Source: an uncultured Comamonadaceae bacterium (GTDB lineage: Bacteria > Pseudomonadota > Gammaproteobacteria > Burkholderiales > Burkholderiaceae_C). Taken from it: 64,000 nt of DNA. Positions 46,872 through 55,682 of this stretch are shown here, piece after piece; within the stretch, counting starts at the first letter, position 1; the number at the start of each line of letters is the position of its first letter. The stretch covers positions 21,228-85,227 of the forward strand of contig CBKZAG010000001.1 in assembly GCA_966692625.1 (NCBI GenBank), written 5' to 3'. The notes below the pieces were generated by a model, which saw only the letters and a program-made list of their open reading frames with translations, had not been told where the DNA came from and did no database searches. The translations under genes and the position numbers were made by a program.

Positions 46872-49268
46872 TCAATGATCCGCCGCGGTGCCTGTGCTCT
46901 CGTCTTGAGGTGCAGCAGCCGTTGGTGTCCGCAAACCATTGTCTGACAGAAGTGATCCGCTTGAAAGCCCTGGCGCGACAGTGCCAGAGGGCAGGCAGAG
47001 TTGCACGAGGGTGCCCTTGCCCGGCTCGCTGTGGATCTCCAGACTGCCACCGCACTGTTCGGCAAACGCCTGCACGATGGCCAGTCCCAGGCCAGAACCG
47101 CGTGCGTCCTTGGTCGAGAAGAACGGCTCACGGCACAGGCGCAATGTATTGCGGTCCATACCCAACCCGCTGTCGCGTATCTCGATGCACACGCGCTGCG
47201 GCTCCCATTGGACACCCACGCGCAGTTCCCCCCCTTTGGGCATGGCCTCGCAAGCATTGTCCAGCAACTGCGCCAGACTCTTCTCAAGCGCTTCAGGGTC
47301 GACATGGACGAAGGCTGGCGAAGCCGGAGCGTCCCACTGCAACTGGACTGCGCCGTGCTGGTGCGCGGCACGTTCGGTGGCCAGCCGTTGAAGCGTCGCC
47401 ACGACGTTGACCTTTTGGGCCCGCACAGGCAGATCGGGACTGCTGTAGCTGTTGCGCATGCGCTCTACGGTGATGGCCACATCTTCCAGGGCACTTTGAA
47501 TCTGGCGCAGCCGTTGGCGGCCTTTCTCGCTGAGGCCTTGCTCTGCTTCGATCAAGCGTTCCACGTACAGCGCCACAGGTGACAAGGCATTGTTGATGTC
47601 ATGCGCGACCTCGCGGGCCAGCCGCCCCAAGCTGCGCAGGTGCTGGTTTTCCAGATCACGCTCCTGCCGCCGCCGCAGGTCCTTGAACGCATCTTCCAAT
47701 GCCTCGCGCAATTGGGCCTGCCGCAGGCCCACACCAAGTTGCTGGGCCAGACGGATCAGGAAACTCTCCTCGCCGTGATCGAAGGGCGCCGCACTGCGCG
47801 CAACCAGCAGGAAACTCTCGCCCTGAGCATCCCGGAACACGGGACAACGGAACTGATGAGTCAGTCCACGCATCCTCAGAGAGGCTTCCAGGCCCTCCCA
47901 GTCGATTGCTTCTGTGCGCTCGTCTTGGATCGGCAAGGCCGAACCACCTACGTGCGCCAGGCCTTGCTCCCCCTCCAACAACACCTCGCAGTGGTCGGCA
48001 AAACCAATTCGGCGCGCGTTTTCTCCCAACAGGTCGGTGAGTTCCTGCGGCGCCAGCTGCTCCGCTATACCCGAACACAGCGCCAGCAGGAACTCCGTTT
48101 GGCGAAATTGGCTCTCGCGGGCGAACTCGGCCAGCTTGCGCTCCGTGATGAGCTTGCCGTAAATGTTGGCCATACCGGTGTCGGCGGCTGGCGCCACGTG
48201 CAGGCGGTACCACTCATCGCCCAACTGCATTTCCCACGCAGCTGCGCTGCCGTCAACCTCGGCGATCCGCTGCAGCGCTGCCCGCCAGTGGCCTTGGCCC
48301 CGGCCCTCGTCGCATTCCAGTGACTGACGCAACCGCGTCGCAGCAGGGTTGGCGTCATGCAGGCGGCCGTCCTTGTCCAGCCGCCACATGGGAAGCGGAC
48401 TTTCAATCACCAGACCGGCCAGGTCTTTCAGGTCCGCCAGCGTTTGCGCAAGCAAGCGTTGGACACGCCCCCGGCTTGTGGCCAGCCAGACGGCAACACC
48501 GGTACCGGCCGCCCAGCACAGCAAGGCCAGCGCCAGAGTCAGGTTCCAGATTTTGATATGAATGGATGCGCTGCGCGTCAGGTCCAGCTTCAAGCCAGGC
48601 AGCGCTTCCGATGTGTAGCGGGCTCTCAATATTGGTCCCCTCAACGCCCCGCCGGGAATGATGAGAATGCTGTGCCCGGTTTCGCTTTTCCATTCGAGCG
48701 TGCCTGCTTCTGGCAGACTGCGCCACAGCTTTTCAATCAGCTCAAGTGCAAGCGGGGTATAGGCATAGGCGCCCGTCAGCGCCAGTCCCGGCGGGCGGTA
48801 GGCCAGCACTGACCGCTGCGGGGCGTCAGGCATTTCCAGCAAAGCTGTCCAGACATGACTGTGAGGGTCGAGGGGCATGAGCCAACGAAGGTTTTCGGCA
48901 GCAGTTGTCTGAGCCTTGCCCTGCGCTATCGATGTCAACAGCTCTTCTCGCTGCTCAAACACGGCCTGCTCCAGGGTAATGCCGGCCGCGGCAATGAAAC
49001 CATCGGTGACTTTCTCGCCCAAGGCGACACGCTCGTTCCACGCCCATGCCAAGGCAACTGCGATGACAACCAGCAGCAGTGCGCTGCCAGCCAGCACCCG
49101 GCGCCACAGGTATCGAAGCGTGTCTGCGTAGGACATCGGCGCCATGTCGCGTTCATGCAGCTTCGCCGGGTTGGCATAAGGCCCGGCACCCTTGGGCTGT
49201 CCGGCGTGCGCGGTAACTGCCGCTTCAGCCTGTGATCGCGCTTCAGCATTCATTTGCATGATTCCCAT
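46872..49268 (-). CDS. Membrane sensor histidine kinase (two TM segments flanking an extracytoplasmic domain of roughly 190 aa, cytoplasmic sensory region, HisKA-HATPase)
   Basis: H-box VAHDINNALSP, N-box LLDNACEAM, G1 DSGLGM and G2 GSGLGLAI. Alternative starts lie at 49259 and 49253. It overlaps the 3' end of the upstream gene. Confidence 0.8.
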   Translation of the reverse strand: MGIMQMNAEARSQAEAAVTAHAGQPKGAGPYANPAKLHERDMAPMSYADTLRYLWRRVLAGSALLLVVIAVALAWAWNERVALGEKVTDGFIAAAGITLEQAVFEQREELLTSIAQGKAQTTAAENLRWLMPLDPHSHVWTALLEMPDAPQRSVLAYRPPGLALTGAYAYTPLALELIEKLWRSLPEAGTLEWKSETGHSILIIPGGALRGPILRARYTSEALPGLKLDLTRSASIHIKIWNLTLALALLCWAAGTGVAVWLATSRGRVQRLLAQTLADLKDLAGLVIESPLPMWRLDKDGRLHDANPAATRLRQSLECDEGRGQGHWRAALQRIAEVDGSAAAWEMQLGDEWYRLHVAPAADTGMANIYGKLITERKLAEFARESQFRQTEFLLALCSGIAEQLAPQELTDLLGENARRIGFADHCEVLLEGEQGLAHVGGSALPIQDERTEAIDWEGLEASLRMRGLTHQFRCPVFRDAQGESFLLVARSAAPFDHGEESFLIRLAQQLGVGLRQAQLREALEDAFKDLRRRQERDLENQHLRSLGRLAREVAHDINNALSPVALYVERLIEAEQGLSEKGRQRLRQIQSALEDVAITVERMRNSYSSPDLPVRAQKVNVVATLQRLATERAAHQHGAVQLQWDAPASPAFVHVDPEALEKSLAQLLDNACEAMPKGGELRVGVQWEPQRVCIEIRDSGLGMDRNTLRLCREPFFSTKDARGSGLGLAIVQAFAEQCGGSLEIHSEPGKGTLVQLCLPSGTVAPGLSSGSLLSDNGLRTPTAAAPQDESTGTAADH

Positions 49269-52200
49269 CAGATGCAGGCCGCGGTTCGACGCAGCGCCGC
49301 AAGACAGCGCTGAGTTCCTGAAGGCGAGGGGGTTTGTTCAACAGGTAGTCCACGCAGTCGGGGGGCGTACCCTGTTTGCTCAGGGCGTTGCCCCAGCCGC
49401 TCAGCATCACGATCCACATCTCTGGAGCAAGATCGCGGGCTGCCTTGGCCAGCTCTCCACCGTCCAGCCCTGGCATCCCCATGTCGGTGATCAGCACTTT
49501 GGGCAGGCTGTTGCTCGCCTTGGCTTGCCGCAACTGGGTCAACGCGGCGCCACCGCCCAAGGCCGTGCTGACCGTGTGCCCAGCTTCGCCGAGCACTTCG
49601 GCAAGGGAGCTCAGCAGCGCGGGCTCATCATCAACCAGCAATAACGACAAAGGCTGCCCTTCGGCCTGGTCAAGCGGCAAGGGGGCGGCAGCTTCCGAAA
49701 CCGGGGGAGGCTCCCCGCAGGGGAGCCAAATGGTCATTGTGGTGCCAGCGTCAGGCGCACTCTTGATGTCAAGGCGCCCTCGGTGCCGCTTCACTGTGCC
49801 ATCAACCATGGCCAAACCGAGCCCTGTGCCGCGCTCGCCTTTGGTGGTGAAGAAAGGGGCCAGACAGCGGGAAACGGTGTCCTCGTCCATGCCGCAGCCG
49901 TTGTCCTGTATTTCAACGCAGACCCCGTCCAGTCCGCCATCAGACTGGCGGCGGGTGCGCACATGCAAGCGGCCTTTGGCCGGCATGGCATCACAGGCGT
50001 TGACGACCAGGTTGGTCAGCGCATCCCGGATCTCGGCCTCAAAACCCATGAACGCCGGCAGGGCAGGCTCCAGTTCCATGTCAACCAGCACATCCCGTCC
50101 CTCCACTGCTGCCTGCTCTTGCCAGCGGGCCTCCATCAAGCCCAGTACCTGCTGCACAACGCTGTTGAGCCGCACAGCTTGGCGGGGCACATCCTCCTCA
50201 ACGCCACGTTGAAGTTGCCGCAGGCGGGTCACCGTGCCGGTGATGTCTTGGAGTGCTTTTTCCATGACCTTGAGCCGTTCGGCGCCACGCGTGCTCAAGG
50301 CCGGCTCGCTCTCGCTCAAGAGCCGCGTATGCAGCAACAAGGGCGACAAGCTGTTGTTGATGTCGTGGGCAATGCCGCTGGCCAGTTCGGCGCTCGCGCG
50401 CATGCGCTCCTGTTGCACCATTTGCCGCTGGCTGCGCTGCAGACTCATGTACGCCGACGTGAGTTCGTTTTGCAATTGGGCCTGACGTGCCGCCAGGGCT
50501 ACGTGTTCACCCAGCTGGATGAGGAATTCGCTGTCCGGGCTGCTGAAGGCGTCAGGCACATGGTGCGCCACGACCAGCAGACCATGCACTTGCTGGTCTA
50601 CCCGCAGGGGCACCACGATCGCACATTGGCAGCCGCAGTGCTCGATCAGGCCCAGAAAGTCATTTCTGGGGCGCAACTGTGCAACGTGACGTGGATGGCC
50701 ATCCAGAAATGGTGTGAGCAAGTCCACTGGCGGCACCGTGCCGATCATCAGTTGTTCACCGGCCACCTCCCCATGGGAGCCAACGACCCGCCACTCATCC
50801 GGTTGCGGCCCCCCCGCGAGCAGCAGGCACAAATCGGCTGGAAGATCGCGCCGCAGTGCACTGCAAACGGTTTGACCGAGTGCCCGCAGGCTCGACTGTA
50901 TGCCTATCGAACGCGTGATCTCGTTGAGCAACTGCAGGCGCGCGTTGTGCGCGGCTATCCGGGTGGCCGCCAGCTTCTGGCTGGTGATGTCTTGCAATGC
51001 GCCTTGCACTCTGACGATGCGTCCCTGGCCGTCCCGCTCGGCCAAACCGATGCTTCGCACCCAGCGAAGCTGGTCCCCCGAACCGGTCAACCGCACCTCC
51101 AGATCGTAGGGGGTACCTGTGGTCATGCAATCGCGCACGGCGCTGCGCACCCGGTCGCGATGGTCTGGGTGGTAGAGCGCAAGTGCCGTGTCCGGGTCAA
51201 TCTGCTGGCCCGCCTGCAAACCCAAGATCCGCGCGGCCTCTGCCGACAGATCGATCCGAAGATCCTGGATCTCCATGCTCCAGCCGCCCATCTGCGCGCA
51301 ACGTCCTGCCATCTGGAGTTGCGCCTCGCTGCGCCGAAGGAGGTCCAGCGTGCTGCGCAACTCCAGCGACCTTTGCACCAATTCCGCTTCGATCCGGTAG
51401 TTTCCATCCTGAAAGTCCACACCAGGTGGCGGATTGCCGCCAAAACGCTGCTGCACGTAGCCTGTCACGTCTTCGACCCGGTGCAGGATCAGCGCGATCT
51501 GCCCCTCGGCGTTGCGCACAGGCACGTTCAGCGGTGACCACCAGCGTTCCTCGAATACGCCGGAAGGCGTGCGAATCGGATAACGCTGCAGACCCATCGG
51601 ATCGGATTGGCCGCTTTCCATGAGACGGCGGAAGGACGCGCGCAGCGCTGCCACACCTTCTGCTTTCGGATCGTCCGGGTCGTCCGGCAAGACATCGAAA
51701 ATCGACCGTCCCACTATTGCAGCACGCTCGGTATACGTGGCCACCAGATAGGCTTGGCTTGCGCCCACGACGGTCAGGTCGTTCGCATCCAGCACCACGT
51801 AAAGACCTGGCGCTGCCTCAAAAAGGGCACGAAACTGCGCGCGCGCGGCCTCCGCTTCGGCCCTGGCCTGGCGCTCTTTGTCAAGCAGCAACAACCGCTC
51901 CTGCTCGATTCGGCGGCGTTCCGCCAGCTCCTGGCGCAGCGACTCCGTCCGCTCGGCGACCTGGCTTTCCAGGCTGTCGTTGAGTTGACGAAGTTCGTCC
52001 TGGGTGCGTTCAAGTTGCCCATTTCGTTGCACTGCCGCCTCGTAGGTTGCAAGCAACAGGTTGAGGATCTGCAGCCGGTCCGAGGTGATGAAAAACCGGC
52101 GGCCGGAGAACTGGATTTCCACGCCCATGCGGCCGTCTTCCTGCCCCAGCGGGTTGGCCAGCAGGAAGCGAACCCGTCCGATCAGGTAGTTTTCGTCAAA

Positions 52201-52536
52201 GGGTTTGAAGACAAAACAGTCGGCGCCCACCTCCAGGCTGCGCAGCACATGGGCAGGGTCGTTGATGGACGTCAGCAGCAACACCGGCAGCCTGTTCAGC
52301 CCGGCAGAAGCCTTGAGCTGCTGACACAGCGTGAACCCGTCCATGCGCGGCATCACGATGTCGCTGATGACGAGCGCAGGCCGGTGCTCCTTGAGCATGG
52401 ACAGCGCCTCCAGCCCGTCGGTCGCGTGAAGCACGCGGTAGCCCGCATCCATGAGCATGACTTTGAGGTATTCGGCCTGGGTCAGGCTGTCCTCTACCAC
52501 AAGGATTTCTGTTGACATGGTGCGATCGGTGTTCAT
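49243..52536 (-). CDS. Hybrid sensor kinase: REC - coiled coil - PAS - PAS - GAF - HisKA - HATPase - REC
   Basis: ORF 49243..52674, trimmed to the ATG at 52536 (ATGA overlap with the cheB-like stop). N-terminal REC (ILVVEDS...VISDIVMPRMDG), H-box IAHDINNSLSP, N-box LVVNACDAM, G1 DNGCGM, G2 GTGLGLAM and C-terminal REC (LLLVDDEP...LITDMGMPGLDG) are present. Confidence 0.85.
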   Translation of the reverse strand: MNTDRTMSTEILVVEDSLTQAEYLKVMLMDAGYRVLHATDGLEALSMLKEHRPALVISDIVMPRMDGFTLCQQLKASAGLNRLPVLLLTSINDPAHVLRSLEVGADCFVFKPFDENYLIGRVRFLLANPLGQEDGRMGVEIQFSGRRFFITSDRLQILNLLLATYEAAVQRNGQLERTQDELRQLNDSLESQVAERTESLRQELAERRRIEQERLLLLDKERQARAEAEAARAQFRALFEAAPGLYVVLDANDLTVVGASQAYLVATYTERAAIVGRSIFDVLPDDPDDPKAEGVAALRASFRRLMESGQSDPMGLQRYPIRTPSGVFEERWWSPLNVPVRNAEGQIALILHRVEDVTGYVQQRFGGNPPPGVDFQDGNYRIEAELVQRSLELRSTLDLLRRSEAQLQMAGRCAQMGGWSMEIQDLRIDLSAEAARILGLQAGQQIDPDTALALYHPDHRDRVRSAVRDCMTTGTPYDLEVRLTGSGDQLRWVRSIGLAERDGQGRIVRVQGALQDITSQKLAATRIAAHNARLQLLNEITRSIGIQSSLRALGQTVCSALRRDLPADLCLLLAGGPQPDEWRVVGSHGEVAGEQLMIGTVPPVDLLTPFLDGHPRHVAQLRPRNDFLGLIEHCGCQCAIVVPLRVDQQVHGLLVVAHHVPDAFSSPDSEFLIQLGEHVALAARQAQLQNELTSAYMSLQRSQRQMVQQERMRASAELASGIAHDINNSLSPLLLHTRLLSESEPALSTRGAERLKVMEKALQDITGTVTRLRQLQRGVEEDVPRQAVRLNSVVQQVLGLMEARWQEQAAVEGRDVLVDMELEPALPAFMGFEAEIRDALTNLVVNACDAMPAKGRLHVRTRRQSDGGLDGVCVEIQDNGCGMDEDTVSRCLAPFFTTKGERGTGLGLAMVDGTVKRHRGRLDIKSAPDAGTTMTIWLPCGEPPPVSEAAAPLPLDQAEGQPLSLLLVDDEPALLSSLAEVLGEAGHTVSTALGGGAALTQLRQAKASNSLPKVLITDMGMPGLDGGELAKAARDLAPEMWIVMLSGWGNALSKQGTPPDCVDYLLNKPPRLQELSAVLRRCVEPRPASDGNHANEC

Positions 52537-53534
52537 GCACCGTCTCCCGTTCGGTTGAGTGATGCACCGATCTCTGCCGGCTTGAGGCTGAACTTGGCGG
52601 CACCAAGGGCCAACGCGGCCCGTGGCATTCCGTCGACGACACAGGTGTGCGGCGCCTGAACGATGGTCAGGCACCCCCGTTCCCGCAGGACCTTGAGCTC
52701 TTGCGCGCCGTCCTGCCCCATCCCGCTGAGCAGGACCGCGACAATCGACGAGGGCTCATGTTCAAACAGAGAGCGGAACAGCACCGACACCGCCGGGCGC
52801 TGTCCATGCTCGGGTGGCGCATGGTTCAATTCCACGCGGTGGCCTTTGCTCAACCGCATGTGACACCCCTGGGGTGCCACGAGCACGAGGCCGGGAACCG
52901 GCACGTCGCCACGGCAGGCAACACGCACCTGCATCGCGCAGCTAGAGGCCAGCCAGTCAGCAAATCCTTGCACAAAGCCTTCACTCATGTGCTGGACCAG
53001 CAGCACGGCAAAGGGCAATGGTTTGCGGAGCTGAAGGAACATTTCCTGTATCGCTTGCGGGCCGCCAGTGGACGCGCCTATGGCCAAAAGCTGGAGCCGT
53101 TGCGGTGATGCGCCGATGCCCTCCTGCGGGGTGCGGCCGCTGAGGGGGAAGGTGGCCAACCGGTTCAGAATGACGCCCAGGCGGCGCCACTCCGCCGGGT
53201 GTTGCGATGGCTCAGGCAGCGGGTGGCATATCAACGCCCCGGATCGCTCAAGAAAGCCAAGAGGCTGTTCAGAGCGGGGTGTCGGGCAGAGAAGCACCGC
53301 AGCCATCGGGTTCGCCTTGAGGTGCAACCCCAGCGTCGCCAATTCCGGGTGATCCACGCCGTCGATCAGCAGGACTTGCGCTTCCACCCGCTTGCGCAAG
53401 GCCTGCAGTTGGTCAACGGACGTTGCATGCCCCAGCAGGCGCAACGTCGTGTGTGCGCGCAGCCCGTTCGCCACGGACACGCCGTCACCGCTGCCAAAGG
53501 TGAGCAGGGCGGCGCCTTCCGCCATGTTCTTCAC
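52533..53534 (-). CDS. cheB: CheB-type chemoreceptor glutamate methylesterase with a degenerate N-terminal receiver-like domain
   Basis: The catalytic-domain motifs are AIGASTGGPQA (Ser), LLVQHM (His) and SGMGQDG (Asp). The N-terminal 120 aa are only weakly REC-like. The GTG at 53534 overlaps the cheA stop; the alternative ATG is at 53525. Confidence 0.8.
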   Translation of the reverse strand: MKNMAEGAALLTFGSGDGVSVANGLRAHTTLRLLGHATSVDQLQALRKRVEAQVLLIDGVDHPELATLGLHLKANPMAAVLLCPTPRSEQPLGFLERSGALICHPLPEPSQHPAEWRRLGVILNRLATFPLSGRTPQEGIGASPQRLQLLAIGASTGGPQAIQEMFLQLRKPLPFAVLLVQHMSEGFVQGFADWLASSCAMQVRVACRGDVPVPGLVLVAPQGCHMRLSKGHRVELNHAPPEHGQRPAVSVLFRSLFEHEPSSIVAVLLSGMGQDGAQELKVLRERGCLTIVQAPHTCVVDGMPRAALALGAAKFSLKPAEIGASLNRTGDGA

Positions 53535-55672
53535 AACAGCCTCCGGATGGTCTGCAGCAACAACTCATTGTCGAACTCGCTTTTCATCAGGTAGGCATCG
53601 GCTCCAACCCGCAATCCATGATCCCGGTCCCGTTCGGTTTCCAGTGCCGTGACCAACACCACGGGCATGCCCGACCAGCGTTCGTCCTCGCGCACCTTGC
53701 TGGTGAGGCTGAACCCATCCAGCCGAGGCATGTCAACGTCGGACACGATCAGGTCAAAGCGGCCGCTTTGCAATGCCTGCACGGCTTCCAGCCCGTCGCA
53801 AACAGCATGGACGCGGTAGCCCGCGGCCTCCAGCAGCGTCGTCAGCAACATGCGTGAAGTGATCGAGTCCTCCGCCAACAGTATGCGAGGGCGCACACCG
53901 GCGCTTTCGTCCGGCTGTACCGGTGCGAGCCGGGTGCGAGTACGAGCGGCCTTTGCCAGCAGATCGGGCATGTGGAGAATGGGTAAAACCCCCCCTGTCA
54001 CGGGCAGAGCAACGCCAGCAATACCGCGCAGCCGCTTCAATGGGTGCCCCAGCGGGCGCTGAATCAACTCCTCCTCGCCTTCGATCGCATCCACAACCAA
54101 AAGAATGCGCCTCTCCTGGGTGCCTGCCAGCAGCGCCGGGCGGGTTTGCTCTGGCGGATGCGGTCTTGCCGGACTGCCCAAGAGAACCGCCAAATCGATC
54201 ACCGGCAAGGCAATGCCATCCATGGGCAAAACCGCTTGCCCATCTGCCTCGACCAGATCACCGCCGCGTACCGGGATGGCTCTTTGCGCCTGGTTGCTGG
54301 GCAGGCCCAATTGCATGGAACCCGCTGTCACACGAAGAACCCGGACACGGCTGCTGGTGACCGGGAATTGCAGCTCCCAGCGGCAGCCCCCCCCCGTTGG
54401 CTTGGTGTACCGGAGGCGGCCGCCGACGCGCTCGACACCATCACGGACCGCAGCCATGCCCAGTCCTCTGCCCGACAGCAGATCGGCCTGCTGGCGTGTG
54501 GACAAGCCCGGGGCACAGACCAATGCCAGCACCTCAGCTTCAGGGTCGTCGCCAATGCCGAGCGGCGAGCCGGGGAGGGCGGCAGCTCGCAGGGCATCAA
54601 CTTGCACCCCCCGTCCGTCATCCTCCACGGTCATGCTGACCCACCCTGCGGACATGCGGGCCGCACGCACGCACAAGCGCCCACGCTCCGGTTTTCCTTG
54701 TGCGCGCCGCTCGCCTGGTGTCTCAATGCCATGATCCACCGCATTGCGCAACAGGTGCATCAAAGGGTCCGCCATCGCTTCAATGAGCCGGCGGTCAACC
54801 TGCAGATCCTGTCCCTCGAACACCAGTTCAAGCTGTTTTCCACACGCCTGCGCGAGGTCGCGCACTTGGGCTGGCAACTGCTCGAACAGGTTGCTGACCG
54901 GCTGCAGCACGATCCGCTGTGTCTGGCCCAGCAAGCTTGCAACATGGCGCCGCAGACCGTCGTGCCGTTCCGCTTCCGCTCTGCTGTACCGTACCAGGCG
55001 GCGCTCCAGGTCTGCGACCTGCAGTTGAACCGCCTCCACTGCATCGCTTGCCCGGCCGGCTTGCAGCGCCTGGCGCAGCGAGGTGAGTTCCTGGCCTGCT
55101 TGGGCCAGTTCCGAGCGGGCGCCATGCCAAGCCTCGCTGAATGTATAGAGACTTTCGGCCTCGTCCAGCAGAAGCTGCGCCTGGTCGGTATCGAGCCGCA
55201 AATGGTCACGCCTTCGCATGGGCGGTTCTGCGATCAGCGGCGCAACGCCCTCTGGTTTGCCTGCGGTGCCGGTGGCAAGCGCCGCCGTCAACTGCCCGCG
55301 CAGCGACTGGATTTCGTCACTGAGCGAAGCGCTGGCAGCCTCGTCGGTCAACAAGCGCTCAAGCATGCGCACGCTGGTGCGCAGCAAGTCGGCGCTCTCC
55401 GCCAAGCGCATGGGGGCGTCGCGCAGCCGACCCAGGCGGTCCTCCAGCGCATGGCACAGGGCTTCAATATCGCGCCGCGCTGCGGCCCGTGCCGCGCCCT
55501 TGAGGCTGTGTGCAGCGGAGTAGGCACGCAAAACGGCTTCACCAGCCTGCTCCGTGGTCGGGCTGGATTCAGCCACCAGGAGTTGGGCTGAAAGCTCCTC
55601 AGCACGCTCCCGCGCCTCGCTGCGGAAGATTTCCTGCAGGCGTGCCAAGGTGGCCGGATTGATGGAGGGCAT
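53531..55672 (-). CDS. cheA: CheA-type histidine kinase fused to a C-terminal receiver (CheA-REC, WspE-like)
   Basis: Hpt motif AAHSLKGAARAA, kinase N-box LLRNAVDHGIE, G-boxes DDGRGV and GRGLGM, a CheW-like P5 region, and a C-terminal REC (ILLAEDS...IVSDVDMPRLDG...DAYLMKS). Confidence 0.85.
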   Translation of the reverse strand: MPSINPATLARLQEIFRSEARERAEELSAQLLVAESSPTTEQAGEAVLRAYSAAHSLKGAARAAARRDIEALCHALEDRLGRLRDAPMRLAESADLLRTSVRMLERLLTDEAASASLSDEIQSLRGQLTAALATGTAGKPEGVAPLIAEPPMRRRDHLRLDTDQAQLLLDEAESLYTFSEAWHGARSELAQAGQELTSLRQALQAGRASDAVEAVQLQVADLERRLVRYSRAEAERHDGLRRHVASLLGQTQRIVLQPVSNLFEQLPAQVRDLAQACGKQLELVFEGQDLQVDRRLIEAMADPLMHLLRNAVDHGIETPGERRAQGKPERGRLCVRAARMSAGWVSMTVEDDGRGVQVDALRAAALPGSPLGIGDDPEAEVLALVCAPGLSTRQQADLLSGRGLGMAAVRDGVERVGGRLRYTKPTGGGCRWELQFPVTSSRVRVLRVTAGSMQLGLPSNQAQRAIPVRGGDLVEADGQAVLPMDGIALPVIDLAVLLGSPARPHPPEQTRPALLAGTQERRILLVVDAIEGEEELIQRPLGHPLKRLRGIAGVALPVTGGVLPILHMPDLLAKAARTRTRLAPVQPDESAGVRPRILLAEDSITSRMLLTTLLEAAGYRVHAVCDGLEAVQALQSGRFDLIVSDVDMPRLDGFSLTSKVREDERWSGMPVVLVTALETERDRDHGLRVGADAYLMKSEFDNELLLQTIRRLL

Positions 55673-55682
55673 GAGGCGGCCT

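Noticed and set aside
46856-47371. A 172-aa N-terminal extension of the listed 757-aa ORF (45098..47371), which would make the LOV protein much longer
   Set aside because: The extension overlaps the 3' end of the upstream kinase gene in another frame and has Arg/Cys/Ser/Trp-rich junk composition. The recognisable protein starts at MSSAQSNP (ATG 46855), 16 bp after the kinase stop.
49783-55591. Long plus-strand ORFs (49783..51537, 584 aa; 51607..52515; 54044..55591, 515 aa) antisense to the hybrid kinase and cheA genes
   Set aside because: They are shadow ORFs with low-complexity Arg/Ala/Gly/His-rich translations and no domain signatures. The opposite strand encodes complete, motif-rich proteins.
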